Shown here: one piece after another, positions 51,670 through 61,780 of the stretch
Numbering within the stretch: the first letter of the stretch is position 1
How the letters are laid out: every line of letters starts with the position of its first letter
DNA from: an uncultured Alicyclobacillaceae bacterium
Lineage (GTDB): Bacteria > Bacillota > Bacilli > Alicyclobacillales > Alicyclobacillaceae
Assembly (NCBI GenBank): GCA_963758235.1
Contig: CAVWUS010000012.1
Location: 2,533-66,532 of the forward strand
Length of the DNA: 64,000 nt
Direction: 5' to 3'
Program-made: the position numbers and the translations under genes
The notes under the pieces: model-generated
The model's input: only the letters and a program-made list of their open reading frames with translations
Told to the model about the DNA's origin: nothing
Database searches by the model: none

Positions 51670-52995
51670 TCATCGTTTCGAAATTATACCCAGCCGCGCC
51701 AACGCGCCGCTTCTGCCATTCGTCGAACCACCAGCAATATACGCGGCCAAACGCATATTGACATTGTACTTCTGGGCTGTTTGATACACCGTTTGGAAAC
51801 TCTGCTTCATGACGGTCTGAAGCCGTTCGTCCACTTCATCTTCAGTCCAGTAGTACCCTTGGTTGTTCTGCACCCATTCAAAATAGGACACAACGACGCC
51901 GCCAGAGTTGCCGAGTACATCGGGTACCAACAGCTTTCCGCGCTCACTCAGGATTTCGGTTGCAGCCGTCGTTGTCGGGCCATTTGCTGCCTCGACGATG
52001 ATGTCCGCCTTGATATTTGCCGCATTATCCCTCGTGATTTGGTTTTCAATCGCTGCCGGGACAAGGATGTCGCAGTCAAGTTCAAGCAGTTCCCTGTTGG
52101 TAATCGTATCGTTGAACAGCTTGGTCACCGTGCCAAACGAATCGCGGCGGTCAAGCAGGTCGTCAATATCGAGCCCTTCCGGTCGATATAGCGCGCCATA
52201 TGCATCGGAAATGCCGACGACCTTCGCCCCGCTATCCTGCATATACTTTGCCAAATAGCTGCCAGCATTGCCAAAGCCCTGGACAACGACACGCGCACCA
52301 GCCAGTGACAGGTTGCGGACGGCGGCAGCCTGTTCAACGCAAATGGCCACACCCCGGGCCGTCGCCCTTTCACGGCCTTTGCTGCCACCTAACACGAGTG
52401 GTTTGCCGGTAATAAAGTTTGGCGAATCAAATTCCTTGATATGCGAATACTCGTCCAGCATCCAGGCCATATTCTGCGCGTTGCTGAATACATCCGGAGC
52501 GGGTACGTCTTTGGTCGGGCCAACAATTTGACTGATTGCACGCACATAGGCGCGGCTCAGCCGTTCAATTTCAGCCGGCGACATTTCCCTTGGGTCACAC
52601 TGAATGCCGCCTTTGCCGCCGCCGTAAGGCAGGTTGGCCAGTCCACATTTGACGGACATCCACATGGCAAGTGCCTTGATTTCATCTTCATTGACATCTG
52701 GGTGAAGTCGGATCCCGCCTTTAGTCGGGCCAACGGCATCATTATGCTGCGCGCGGTAACCCGTAAAAACACGAATCGAACCGTCATCCATTCTGACCGG
52801 AAACCGTACGGTCAACAGACGAATCGGTTCGCTGAGCAAGTCATACATCGTATCATCATAGCCCAACTGATTAAGCGCTTCCCGAATGACTTTCTGCGTG
52901 CTTGAAAAGACGTCCAGATTTTCAGTTGGTTGTTCCTGTTGTGTATCCAGTTCGGCATTTGTCTGCACGATCTCGACCCCTTCGAGTTGGCTCAC
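51670..52995 (-). CDS. NAD(P)-specific glutamate dehydrogenase
   Basis: 441 aa with GPTKGGIRLHP and PYGGGKGGI motifs and a GFGNAGS Rossmann motif. Confidence 0.9.
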   Translation of the reverse strand: MSQLEGVEIVQTNAELDTQQEQPTENLDVFSSTQKVIREALNQLGYDDTMYDLLSEPIRLLTVRFPVRMDDGSIRVFTGYRAQHNDAVGPTKGGIRLHPDVNEDEIKALAMWMSVKCGLANLPYGGGKGGIQCDPREMSPAEIERLSRAYVRAISQIVGPTKDVPAPDVFSNAQNMAWMLDEYSHIKEFDSPNFITGKPLVLGGSKGRERATARGVAICVEQAAAVRNLSLAGARVVVQGFGNAGSYLAKYMQDSGAKVVGISDAYGALYRPEGLDIDDLLDRRDSFGTVTKLFNDTITNRELLELDCDILVPAAIENQITRDNAANIKADIIVEAANGPTTTAATEILSERGKLLVPDVLGNSGGVVVSYFEWVQNNQGYYWTEDEVDERLQTVMKQSFQTVYQTAQKYNVNMRLAAYIAGGSTNGRSGALARLGIISKR

Positions 52996-53054
52996 AATTA
53001 AAAACCTCGACTAGTATACAATAGGTTTAAATCGAAGTTCAATCCAGGAATCGA

Positions 53055-53081
53055 CAAAGCCCGTCCGCAGCGGACGGGCTT
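53055..53081 (-). terminator. Rho-independent terminator after the MecA-family gene
   Basis: GCCCGTCCG-cag-CGGACGGGC. The minus strand reads the stem followed by UUUGU. Confidence 0.6.
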
Positions 53082-53088
53082 CACAGGT

Positions 53089-53685
53089 TTATAATGGAAA
53101 GTGTTCGGTGAGCCAGCCTACCGCATGCTCTTTCACGATACATTTTGCATACTCGTCGAGAACCGCGGTGGTTAGTCTGGACGGAACACCATACTCGCTG
53201 ACGACTGCCCACAGTGAATCTGCCTGCGATTCGTCGATTGAATCTTCATCAAAGTACAGCTGATACGCGTCTTTATAGTGATACAGTCGTGCATTGACGC
53301 CAAAGTCAACAATCGCATGGCAGGCACGAATGACCTCTTCAAAATCGTTGAATTCAAAGATGAATGAGGAGAATACATCCGGCTCGAACAGTTCTTCGAA
53401 TTCTTCGTCCTCATCGTCCGACTGCGCACTCGGCAGACTCGGTACACGCGTCACGATGACCACTACGCCCTGTGTTGGCATGGTGAATGCCTCAACTGCG
53501 ATTGGACCTGCTATTTCGAAACCTACTTCGACGTAGGCGGTCTCCATCATATCCCAAAACAATTCCTGGACTTTCCTGCCGTTTTGCCAGATTTCGTCCC
53601 GGTCAATGCCTCTTGCTTCGAGATCATCGTAAGAAATGAAAATGCGAACTTTATCTTGGGCGATCCGTTCAACCCGCACGGTCAA
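53089..53685 (-). CDS. adaptor protein MecA family (YpbH/MecB-like)
   Basis: 198 aa, MTVRVERIAQDKVRIFISYDDLEARGIDRDEIW... with an acidic linker. Confidence 0.85.
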   Translation of the reverse strand: MTVRVERIAQDKVRIFISYDDLEARGIDRDEIWQNGRKVQELFWDMMETAYVEVGFEIAGPIAVEAFTMPTQGVVVIVTRVPSLPSAQSDDEDEEFEELFEPDVFSSFIFEFNDFEEVIRACHAIVDFGVNARLYHYKDAYQLYFDEDSIDESQADSLWAVVSEYGVPSRLTTAVLDEYAKCIVKEHAVGWLTEHFPL

Positions 53686-53758
53686 TCCCTCCTTTTAACC
53701 CGGTAGGTTCGCAACCAGTCTGCAGTTCAGAACGTCTCGATTTTTTCTGTATCGATTA

Positions 53759-55147
53759 TTATAACGTATTAGCCAATTCGTACATGGCGTGCGCGTATAT
53801 CTCGATGCACTTGAAATAATCTGACAACGGCCAGAACTCGTCTTTTTCGTGTGCGACGTCAGGCATTCCTGGAAACATCGCGCCAAACGCTACTGCGTTC
53901 TGGATTGCGCGAGCGTAAGTCGCGCCGCCGATTGCGATTGGGGTCGAGTCTCCTCCGACGTAATCTTCGTAGACACGCCGAAGTGTCCGTATGAGTGGGC
54001 TTTCCACCGGTACATACAGCGGAGGCCTGTTCTCGACGACTTCAACATCCCATTTGTCTGAAAGATGCGCCTTGCAGCGCAGAACGAGATCGTCCACGTT
54101 CTCATCGATTGGATAGCGAATATTGACCAGAAACTCATACTTGCCATCGTTCAGCATGGCGCGGCCAATGTTCGCAGTCAGGGCGCCAGTTACTTCATCT
54201 GCGCCCTCGATGCCGAGACCGCGACCGTCAGGTGTTTGGCCAGCCACAACACGCCACATCGACACATTGGCCACGGTCATTCCAGCCAGCAATCCGGCTA
54301 GCAGGACAATCGCGTTGACGCCTCTGTCCGGCCTGCTTCCGTGTGCCGAGGTGCCGTGAACAGTCAGTTGCACAACGGCGCCGGTGCGCGTCACATCAAG
54401 CTCCACATTCTTTTGTTTGGCTTCACGGTAAAGCTTTTGTTCCCATTCCAGCGCGGCCGTTTCAGAATGGCAGTCGACTTCGACATATGCATAATCCGGC
54501 ACCATATTCACACGCTGTCCACCGTGCAACACAGTCACCTGCGGCAGCAGTGACGCCTGTTCAGCTGCCGTCCTGAGGCCCAGGGTGGCCACACCTTTCT
54601 CGGCGTGAATCATCGGGAAATCTGCATCGGGCGTAAAGCCGCCAAGGGGCTGCGGATGTTTTGAAAAGTAATGATCCATGCACTGCCAGTCGCTCTCTTC
54701 GTCAAGCCCCAAGATGAGGCGAATGGTGCGACGCGGTTTGAGTCCATGCTCCTTTAAGGCCCGCAATCCCCATAAGGCACTGAGTATCGGTCCCTTATCG
54801 TCCAAAGCTCCACGCGCATAGATGTTGCCGTTATGAATCTCAGCTGCAAACGGCGGATACGTCCAGCCTGCGCCAGCCGGTACGACATCGAGGTGACCCA
54901 GGACCCGCGACGTATTCGCGATCGTCTGGATCTCCATAAATTACATGTCCAGCATAGCCATCGATGTTTTCAGCATAAAACCCAAATTCGCGTGCCAGGT
55001 TGAGCATATATTCGAGCGCAGCTGCCGGCCCATCTCCAAATGGCGCTGAAGGCTGTGCAGGGGCCCTTTCACACTCTCTATCTGGAGCAGCTTCTGCAGC
55101 GTAGTGATGCTCTCTGCTTCCTGGCTTTGAATCCACTCTTTTAACAT
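53759..55147 (-). pseudogene. M20 family dipeptidase (PepV/Sapep-like), two frame breaks
   Basis: There are three pieces. MLKEWIQSQ...IESVKGP is in ORF 54941-55177. PAQPSAPFGDGPAAALEYML...GHVIYG is in ORF 54840-55169. LGHLDVVPAGAGW...ARGALDDKGP... is in ORF 53759-54937. Breaks are at about 55060 and about 54905-54940. Confidence 0.8.
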
Positions 55148-55177
55148 CTCTGGTTGCTCCCTGCCCCATAAAATCAA

Positions 55178-56158
55178 TCAGGTGGAATGACGTTCGACAA
55201 CGTTATGCTGAAGGATGACCGTGAGTTGTTCAACCGGCTCATCACCCAGCAGTTTCGTCAGCAGGCGCATCGAAACTGCCCCAAAGTCGTACATCGGCTG
55301 TGCGACAACCGTCATCTGCGGGCGTACCATAGTTGCAAGACGCGTATTGTCGAATGCGATGACTTTTACGTCTGTCGGCACCGACAGCCCAATGTCCTGC
55401 GCCGCGTGAATCGAAGCCAGCCCCAATTCATCTGTCACTGCAATGACACCGTCGATTTGCCCGTCCTTCAAGTGACGCTGGATGATTGGCAGCGCGTGTT
55501 CGTACCTGGTGTCCGCCAGATGAATGATGGTCGGTTCCTGGCCGGCAAGCGCATGTTTCGCTCCCTGTGTGCGGCGATCAGACACGATGGACTGCCCCGG
55601 CTCGCCGGTCACAATGGCAACGTGGCGGCAGCCTTGACCGATGAGGTAGCTTGCTGCATCTTCACCAGCCTGCTTGTTATTGATGTTCACCGATGGAATG
55701 CTCCGCTCGGGATCCTCTGTGGCACACAGCACGACAGGGATCTGCGCTTCCTCAAACGCCTGAATGTGACGGTCTGTCAGCGCATTGGTCACGTAGATGA
55801 TGCCGTCGACCTGTTTCTCCCACATCGTGCCGATGAGACTGACTTCGCGATCGATATCCGCATCGGAGTTGGTCAGGATAATCTGATATGCGTACATGGT
55901 AGCGATGTCCTCAATGCCGCGAACGACTTCTGCCATAAACGCGGCGGAAACATCAGGGACAATCACACCTACGGTTTTGGTCTTTTTACTCGCCAGGCTG
56001 CGGGCAACTGCGTTCGGCCGGTAGCCCAATGCTTCGATTGCCTTCACAACACGTTCCCTGGTTTCGTCTTTGACCACCGCAGTCCCATTTAGCACCCTCG
56101 ATACGGTTGCCATCGATACCTTCGCTTCTCGTGCCACATCATAAATGGTGACTGTCAC
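55178..56158 (-). CDS. ccpA: catabolite control protein A (LacI family)
   Basis: VTVTIYDVAREAKVSMATVSRVLNG...LGYRPNAVARSLASKKTKTVGVIVPD...IEDIATMYAYQIILTNSD is very close to B. subtilis CcpA. The GTG start is at 56158. The track ORF runs on across tRNA-Leu. Confidence 0.85.
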   Translation of the reverse strand: MTVTIYDVAREAKVSMATVSRVLNGTAVVKDETRERVVKAIEALGYRPNAVARSLASKKTKTVGVIVPDVSAAFMAEVVRGIEDIATMYAYQIILTNSDADIDREVSLIGTMWEKQVDGIIYVTNALTDRHIQAFEEAQIPVVLCATEDPERSIPSVNINNKQAGEDAASYLIGQGCRHVAIVTGEPGQSIVSDRRTQGAKHALAGQEPTIIHLADTRYEHALPIIQRHLKDGQIDGVIAVTDELGLASIHAAQDIGLSVPTDVKVIAFDNTRLATMVRPQMTVVAQPMYDFGAVSMRLLTKLLGDEPVEQLTVILQHNVVERHST

Positions 56159-56235
56159 AAGCGCCACCCCCGTCTGTTTTGGTCTATCATACCATGTCAT
56201 GGTACAAGTTAAGTACAGGTTTGCGCACAAGATAA

Positions 56236-56264
56236 CAGGAAAAGGACGGCGATCGGCCGTCCTT
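56236..56264 (-). terminator. Rho-independent terminator after tRNA-Leu
   Basis: GGACGGC-gatc-GGCCGTCC. The minus strand reads the stem followed by UUUUCC. Confidence 0.65.
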
Positions 56265-56266
56265 AG

Positions 56267-56349
56267 TGGTGCGGGTGAAGGGACTCGAACCCCCACGGTC
56301 TCCCGCCAGAACCTAAATCTGGTGCGTCTGCCAATTCCGCCACACCCGC
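56267..56349 (-). tRNA. tRNA-Leu (anticodon UAG)
   Basis: The reverse complement gives GCGGGTG acceptor, anticodon stem CCAGA/TCTGG with loop TTTAGGT, a long variable arm, T-arm GGGGG-TTCGAGT-CCCTT, CACCCGC-A-CCA. Confidence 0.9.
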
Positions 56350-56396
56350 CTGTTATCGAAACAGAACTCATTATAGCACAGCCCGTCACCATTTGA

Positions 56397-57613
56397 CTAC
56401 GGTCGAATTAATCCAGCTTCGAGCAAAAATGGAGACGGTTGCATTGCCTGATGATGGACGGAAAGCGGCACATGGATGTACAGCCGCTGTCGCGCGCGCG
56501 TCATGGCGACATAGAACAGCCGACGCTCTTCTTCCGGATCGCGCGGAAATGGCTGAAACGGATCTGCGACCGGCAGCGACGGATGATCGCGTACCGCACC
56601 GATGAGTAGAACGGTATCCCATTCGCGTCCCTTCGCTTCGTGGAAGGTGGACAGGGTCAAATGTGCCCTCTTGAGCAATGTGTGCGCGCGCTCTAGAAAC
56701 CACAGCTGGCGGCGGGTACGGGCAAGTACAGCGATGGTCTGGCTGGCATCGTGCTGCAGACAGTGTATGATATCGGCGATCACGTTTGTCGCTTGCGCCT
56801 GTTCAGACGCAGCGTAGCGAACCTGTACCGGCTGCCCATCCCTCCGCGCCGCAATAAACGGTTTTGGGTGCCGCTGCTGATTGTACGCGATCAGTCTCCA
56901 AGCCGGCTTGAGCAGACGTTTTGTACCGCGAAAATTGGCTGATAGTTCAAAGTGCTCTGCGGACGGAAACATGGTTTGGAAATCAGTCAGATACCGGGGC
57001 GCTGCACCGCGAAAGCCATAAATCGCCTGATCGTCATCGCCGACGACAAACAGCTTTGCCCCGGTTTCCTCGACGACCTGCTGTAAAATTTGATATTGGA
57101 TGTCGTTTGTATCCTGGTATTCATCGACGAGAATATACGCGATTCCGTGTGGCACGAGCGCCGATGCACCAACGGAGTGAAAAGCCTTTTTCGCCTCGAC
57201 CAGGATATCCTCAAAATCCCACACATGCGCACGTTGTTTATAAGCCTGATAGAGGCGATAGATGCGCTTGTGGACCGGACGTAACGGCGCGTCAGCGACG
57301 ACTGCGGCATAGGCCATGAGCTGCTGCAGACTGCGAAGATTTCGGGCTGTCGGACTTAAACCCTCGGTCTGTGCCGCCGCAGTCAGCATTTTGATTTGCT
57401 GCCGCGTATCCATAATCCTTGGTATGGCAGGGTTATGCGCCAGCAAAAGGGCGAACATTTCGGCGTGAAATGTAAAACGCGGTGCAACTCAACAACACTC
57501 AGAAATGCTTGAATGCCTGTTGTGACGCGTTTTTCATCACTTCTCACACCTTGCGAAAATCGGTCAAAAGTACGATGATTTGCAATCTGATTTGCAACTT
57601 GGTTTGCATGCAA
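56397..57613 (-). pseudogene. UvrD/Rep-family helicase, degenerate N-terminus (no intact Walker A, frame break)
   Basis: The 353-aa ORF has motif II ILVDEYQDTN, VVGDDDQAIYGFRGA and the C-terminal motif VAMTRARQRLYI. The upstream roughly 150 nt are in another frame (ORF 57383-57613). They read GVRSDEKRV where GxGxGKT is expected. Confidence 0.6.
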
Positions 57614-57641
57614 AAAGCCCTCACATCACTGTGGGGGCTTC
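57611..57641 (-). terminator. Rho-independent terminator at the left edge of the island
   Basis: AGCCCTCACA-tcac-TGTGGGGGCT. The minus strand reads the stem followed by UUUUU. Confidence 0.6.
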
Positions 57642-57645
57642 ATCT

Positions 57646-58044
57646 TTAATGTTGAAAATATGCGAATACTATACCAAGCACAGCGAAAACACCGGCACCT
57701 ACCCACGAGATTGGCGATATGGCCTCAGGAGGCGTAAACCTCTTTTGCACGAGGTACATGATCGCATCCCAAATAAAGAAGATGATTAAACCAGGAATTG
57801 CTGTGGTGAACATTGTTATGGCGATGAAATAAAGAATGAAAACCACAACCATACTGACAATGGTCCACCAGATGTGTTTGGAGCGATCAAGACGTTTCCA
57901 ATTGATCGACCAGAAGATGGCTCCTGCAATTGGTGACAACAACAGCGACCATACTAAACCAGTCTCGGGTGCCATTGGTTTCTTTAACTTTTCTTTTTGC
58001 ATAGTTATTTCTTGATCTGTACCTACTTGCCCGTTCTCTTCCAT
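57646..58044 (-). CDS. hypothetical membrane protein (about 3-4 TM segments)
   Basis: 132-aa ORF with hydrophobic stretches. Confidence 0.5.
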   Translation of the reverse strand: MEENGQVGTDQEITMQKEKLKKPMAPETGLVWSLLLSPIAGAIFWSINWKRLDRSKHIWWTIVSMVVVFILYFIAITMFTTAIPGLIIFFIWDAIMYLVQKRFTPPEAISPISWVGAGVFAVLGIVFAYFQH

Positions 58045-58085
58045 CGTATCCCTCCCATGAATACATCTTGGTAAATTCTATCACA

Positions 58086-58754
58086 TCATTCTGCATGTGC
58101 TATGCGACTTAATTCATCCATGCTGTCCATCACCATCAGGTCATATCCGATAGCTGTTCCGATGGTATCAAGCTGTTGGTTTGCCGACTGAATCACAATC
58201 ACCATCGGCTTCTCAGGAAACACATCCATCCATGCGCCAGATGCGAAATATCGTTCATACAGTTGACGTTTTGCAGCCCACTTCTTTGTTTCAATCGGTG
58301 TGCGTTGGATTTCAAAGAAGGCAATTCGATCATCCGGCAGTGTTGCGCAAGCATCCGGTGATAGTCTCTGTACCTTTCCGTTCCACATAAACGGCTGGCG
58401 ATATTCGCGCATGAAATACTCTGGCTCAGATAATGCTAAGTAAAGGTCGGTGATCGCGAGTTTGTGTTCCAAATTGGAATCCCATCGCACGGACTTCAAA
58501 CCATATTGACGCCGCACTCGACGAGACAAACGATGAACGCTCATCCGACCTTCGCTAAACGGTTTCGACTCTACATAATCCTCATCACGCAGATACTTCA
58601 AAACATCCCACATACGCTTCAGCGGCTTGTCACGATACGCATACACCACCGCAAGCTGCTCCGATGAACAAACACCGCAAACACTAAGCAACTTCAACAC
58701 AAAATTAAACACATCAACCCTACTCATATAATGAGTATCGGGACTTGTTCGCAT
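58086..58754 (-). CDS. replication-relaxation family-like protein
   Basis: 222 aa with a wHTH-like N-terminus and a conserved-looking EHKLAITDLYL. It sits immediately downstream of the FtsK-like gene, as in small mobilizable elements. The assignment is tentative. Confidence 0.4.
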   Translation of the reverse strand: MRTSPDTHYMSRVDVFNFVLKLLSVCGVCSSEQLAVVYAYRDKPLKRMWDVLKYLRDEDYVESKPFSEGRMSVHRLSRRVRRQYGLKSVRWDSNLEHKLAITDLYLALSEPEYFMREYRQPFMWNGKVQRLSPDACATLPDDRIAFFEIQRTPIETKKWAAKRQLYERYFASGAWMDVFPEKPMVIVIQSANQQLDTIGTAIGYDLMVMDSMDELSRIAHAE

Positions 58755-58825
58755 GGTAATCCCCCACCAACAAAAGGGATGACAAGCAGGGGCATGGATC
58801 CCCCAACCTAATCCCTGCTCGTTCC

Positions 58826-60048
58826 TTAGTCCACATCAAACTGGACAACATTCGGCGGTGTCAGATCCTTCACTCGGACAGTTGGCGTGATACGTTCCGT
58901 CTTTGGCAAGATACGATCCATCTTCTTCTTGCTCACAAATGGTGTCTGTACCGTCCATTCACGACCGAACGCTTGGTAAATTGCTCTGCCTGGTATCTCC
59001 GGTAAATCCTCTGCTCCGTTATGGCCTAGAATCACACGTGACTGAATATCTGTTGCCACTTGCATGCAAATGACGCTTCCAATGTTGGCTCTGATTCTGC
59101 CATCGACCACTTCGGCATCTGGCCGTTGTGTACAGAGAATGATGTGTACTCCGAGACCTGCTCCCATCGCTGTCAACTGCATCATCATCTTGGTAATGTC
59201 TTTCTCTTCTTCTGCACCAAAGGAACGGCCATATTCATCGACAATCACGAACCTGCGGATAAACTTTTCGCCAGTCAATTTCTCATACTGCTTGACGTTC
59301 GTGCAGCCAGCTTCGGATAAGATATCCGCACGTTGTTTCATATCTTTGCCGACTTCATAAAGCAGGTTCAAAAACTCCTTTGGTGTAGAAGCAAGCTCCT
59401 TCCATAGTCCTGCGAACTGTCGAAACTCAAGCGCGTTCGGCTTGATATCGACGCCGACTTAGCTCATACTCGTAGTCCTCATGACCAAGATGAATGGTGG
59501 CGATAAGGTTGCGTAATACTTCTGTCTTACCGCCGCGTGTAAGGCCGCCAAGTAGTAAGTGTGGACGTTCATCAAAGTCATGCAGTACCCAACCTGCAGC
59601 ACTCAGACCAACAACGAATTGCCACGTCCCGCGCGTCATATCCATCATCTTGTCGCTGAACGATAAATATGTTGGTAGTGGGTGCGCAGGGATATCCATC
59701 ACGAGCAGGTTTCCGTCACGACCATATGCCACATCGACACCGAGTGCTGTATTGATGGCGTCTGCCTTTGATATGACTTGTGCGTAGGTCTTGCCGAATG
59801 GAAACTTCATCACAACCCTGCGCCCTTGGTTTGTTTTCGTGGTCTTGACGATCTTCCACGGTTCCTTTGTGATCTTTCTTCCGGTTGCATAGATCACACG
59901 CGGCGAACACATCCTGAATGGTACGTTCATCGCCAGATGACTTAACAACCTGGTAGATGGCAAACGCGGTAGCTCCCCCAAGCAATCCGCAGGCAGCAAG
60001 TCTAGTGGCAAGCGGCAGCGTAAATGCTGCCGCAGTTGTCGCTAGCAT
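58826..60048 (-). pseudogene. FtsK/SpoIIIE-family DNA translocase (conjugative transfer/coupling type), two frame breaks
   Basis: The N-terminal TM piece is in ORF 59716-60048, with a strong SD (AAGGAGGGGAGG). Walker A (GGLTRGGKT) is in ORF 59427-60011. Walker B (FVIVDEYG) and QRPD are in ORF 58826-59371. Breaks are at about 59458 and within 59880-60010. Confidence 0.75.
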
Positions 60049-60069
60049 AGAGCCTCCCCTCCTTAGAGG

Positions 60070-60228
60070 TCACTCTTGGATCCCTTTACGCCATACAAAC
60101 ATCCGACGCATGGTTTCGCACTCACCTGACTTTGCCCATTCGGTCATTTCCTTTGCTCGCTTTTCGGATGTTTCCTCGCTCCATACATCGCCGTTATCCC
60201 ATTCGATTAAAAGGTTTCTCATGCTCAT
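60070..60228 (-). CDS. hypothetical small protein (52 aa)
   Basis: Not in the track because it is under 60 aa. AAAGGAGAG SD followed by ATG, MSMRNLLIEWDNGDVWSEETSEKRAKEMTEWAKSGECETMRRMFVWRKGIQE. It is tightly packed between neighbouring ORFs. Confidence 0.4.
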   Translation of the reverse strand: MSMRNLLIEWDNGDVWSEETSEKRAKEMTEWAKSGECETMRRMFVWRKGIQE

Positions 60229-60236
60229 CTCTCCTT

Positions 60237-60575
60237 TCACGAAGTAAACAGTTCGCTCATTAGTTTCAGTACGTCGATCTTCTCCATTGCTTGGTGTATC
60301 AGTTGCGCCCGGTCAAACTTTGACAGGTTATCTGCTGCAGATGATTTCAGGTATTGGATGACCTGCTTCAATTCCGATGTTTTCCCGTACCGAATCAGAG
60401 ACTCAATGTAATCCTTACAGACACCGTGATCATCTTTTAGTTCATGTGCCCACTGTCGTAATTTCTCTGCTGTAGGTGCGTATGGGTCACGATCCATTCC
60501 GATACTTCCAACCTTCTTGCCTAAACTCTTTCCGCCGACTTTGAGGATGGAGCCGAGTACGCCCATATCAACCAC
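60237..60575 (-). CDS. hypothetical protein
   Basis: 112-aa ORF in the island operon. Confidence 0.45.
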   Translation of the reverse strand: MVDMGVLGSILKVGGKSLGKKVGSIGMDRDPYAPTAEKLRQWAHELKDDHGVCKDYIESLIRYGKTSELKQVIQYLKSSAADNLSKFDRAQLIHQAMEKIDVLKLMSELFTS

Positions 60576-60623
60576 CCATCAGCGAACTGAAGAAGTCAGC
60601 GAGATCATTCAACTGGCTCAAAA

Positions 60624-60890
60624 TCATCGGGTCTGCAGGATCAACCTTTGAGACACTGCCGACCAGTTTCGGCGAGTAACCCCATCCACATCTGCATTCG
60701 CCTCCCTTGCGGCTGCTGCTTCAATCAGAGGGCAAATGTGCGACTTGACCGGATGTGTTGCTTTGTAGATGGCCGCGAATCCTACTGCCCAAATCGCGAC
60801 TGGATAGCTCGATGTGACGAGTGCCGCTGCTGTAGCGGCCCCTGCAAATGTGATGCACCCTGCAATAAATGACGCTTTCAACTCCCCCAC
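60624..60890 (-). CDS. hypothetical membrane protein (2 TM)
   Basis: 88-aa ORF with two hydrophobic helices. Confidence 0.45.
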   Translation of the reverse strand: MGELKASFIAGCITFAGAATAAALVTSSYPVAIWAVGFAAIYKATHPVKSHICPLIEAAAAREANADVDGVTRRNWSAVSQRLILQTR

Positions 60891-60893
60891 CTC

Positions 60894-61076
60894 TCATCCA
60901 CGAATTGCCCGGATAATGCGCCATGCCATCTGTTCAACGGGAGCTTTAGTGTCGTGCAAATCGAACAACTCCAGGTATTCGATCCGAAGGTTCTCCGCGT
61001 TGAGCTCATAGGGATAGGCGCTGTCAATCATGTGAAGCGCAATCTCAATCAAGTGTTCCATGTTACCTGATGCCAC
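60894..61076 (-). CDS. hypothetical small protein
   Basis: 60-aa ORF. An alternative start MEHLIEIAL is at 61061. Confidence 0.35.
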   Translation of the reverse strand: MASGNMEHLIEIALHMIDSAYPYELNAENLRIEYLELFDLHDTKAPVEQMAWRIIRAIRG

Positions 61077-61342
61077 GTTCTTTCATGCGCTTAATCCGCC
61101 GAGATGAAATCCATTCGCGCCGAGTGTCGAGTGAGCCAGGAGCGTAGCCGTACTTACGCATTTGCACCACCTCTTCGAGTGCGCCGAGCCGATGTTTGCT
61201 CAGTGCCAAACACCTCGTCAATGATGCCACGCAATTGATCGAGCGGAACTTTGATCCGCGCTTGCATTGGTGCCGGAATCTCCTCCATTTCCGAATCAAT
61301 TTGATCGAGCAGGTAACGTGCGAACTGCTGTTCAACTGCCAT
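61063..61342 (-). CDS. hypothetical protein, first gene of the island minus-strand operon, possibly frameshifted
   Basis: ORF 61154-61342 (MAVEQQFARYLLDQIDSEMEE...) and the protein-like tail of ORF 61063-61404 (…LGALEEVVQMRKYGYAPGSLDTRREWISSRRIKRMKERG) are in different frames. A possible break is at about 61190. Confidence 0.3.
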
Positions 61343-61529
61343 CTAACCATCTCCCATTTGAGTGATGGTAAAGGGTATTGCCATTCGGCTTGTGTATATT
61401 CCAAAATGAATATAATTATTTGTGATTCGTGCAGGATTCAGCATATAATGTGTCGAAGTCTTTATGTAAAGAGGAATCCCACTAAGAAAGGGAAATGTAA
61501 TGGCATTGACAGCAATACGGAGGTTAGAC

Positions 61530-61730
61530 ATGGAACGAAAAGCACAATCCCCTTTCCAACAATGGATGCTAGATCGTGGCATTAGACAGAGCTGGCTTGC
61601 AGAAGAAACTGGATTCAAACAGCCTCTGATTAGCAAGTGGGCAACAAAGAAAACAAAACCGGATATTGATCAAGCGAGGATCGTTTTGAAGGCATTACAA
61701 AAGGTGACGCCAGATGTTACTTTATATTAA
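61530..61730 (+). CDS. XRE/Cro-like HTH transcriptional regulator
   Basis: MERKAQSPFQQWMLDRGIRQSWLAEETGFKQPLISKWATKK. A GGAGG SD lies upstream of the ATG at 61530. It is divergent from the minus-strand operon. Confidence 0.6.
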   Translation: MERKAQSPFQQWMLDRGIRQSWLAEETGFKQPLISKWATKKTKPDIDQARIVLKALQKVTPDVTLY

Positions 61731-61780
61731 CCTTTGGCCTTTAAGACGAAATCAGGAGCGGTCAACCAAGATAAAAGACA

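Noticed and set aside
56267-56349. tRNA-Leu as integration site of the 57.6-64 kb island
   Set aside because: The island lies on the 5' side of the tRNA. It is separated from the tRNA by a host-composition helicase gene, and no repeat of the tRNA 3' end was seen.
57570-57606. Three direct GATTTGCAA-like repeats as iterons or att site at the island border
   Set aside because: They fall within the degenerate N-terminal coding remnant of the helicase (translating as ANQVANQIANH). No matching repeat is seen elsewhere in the window.
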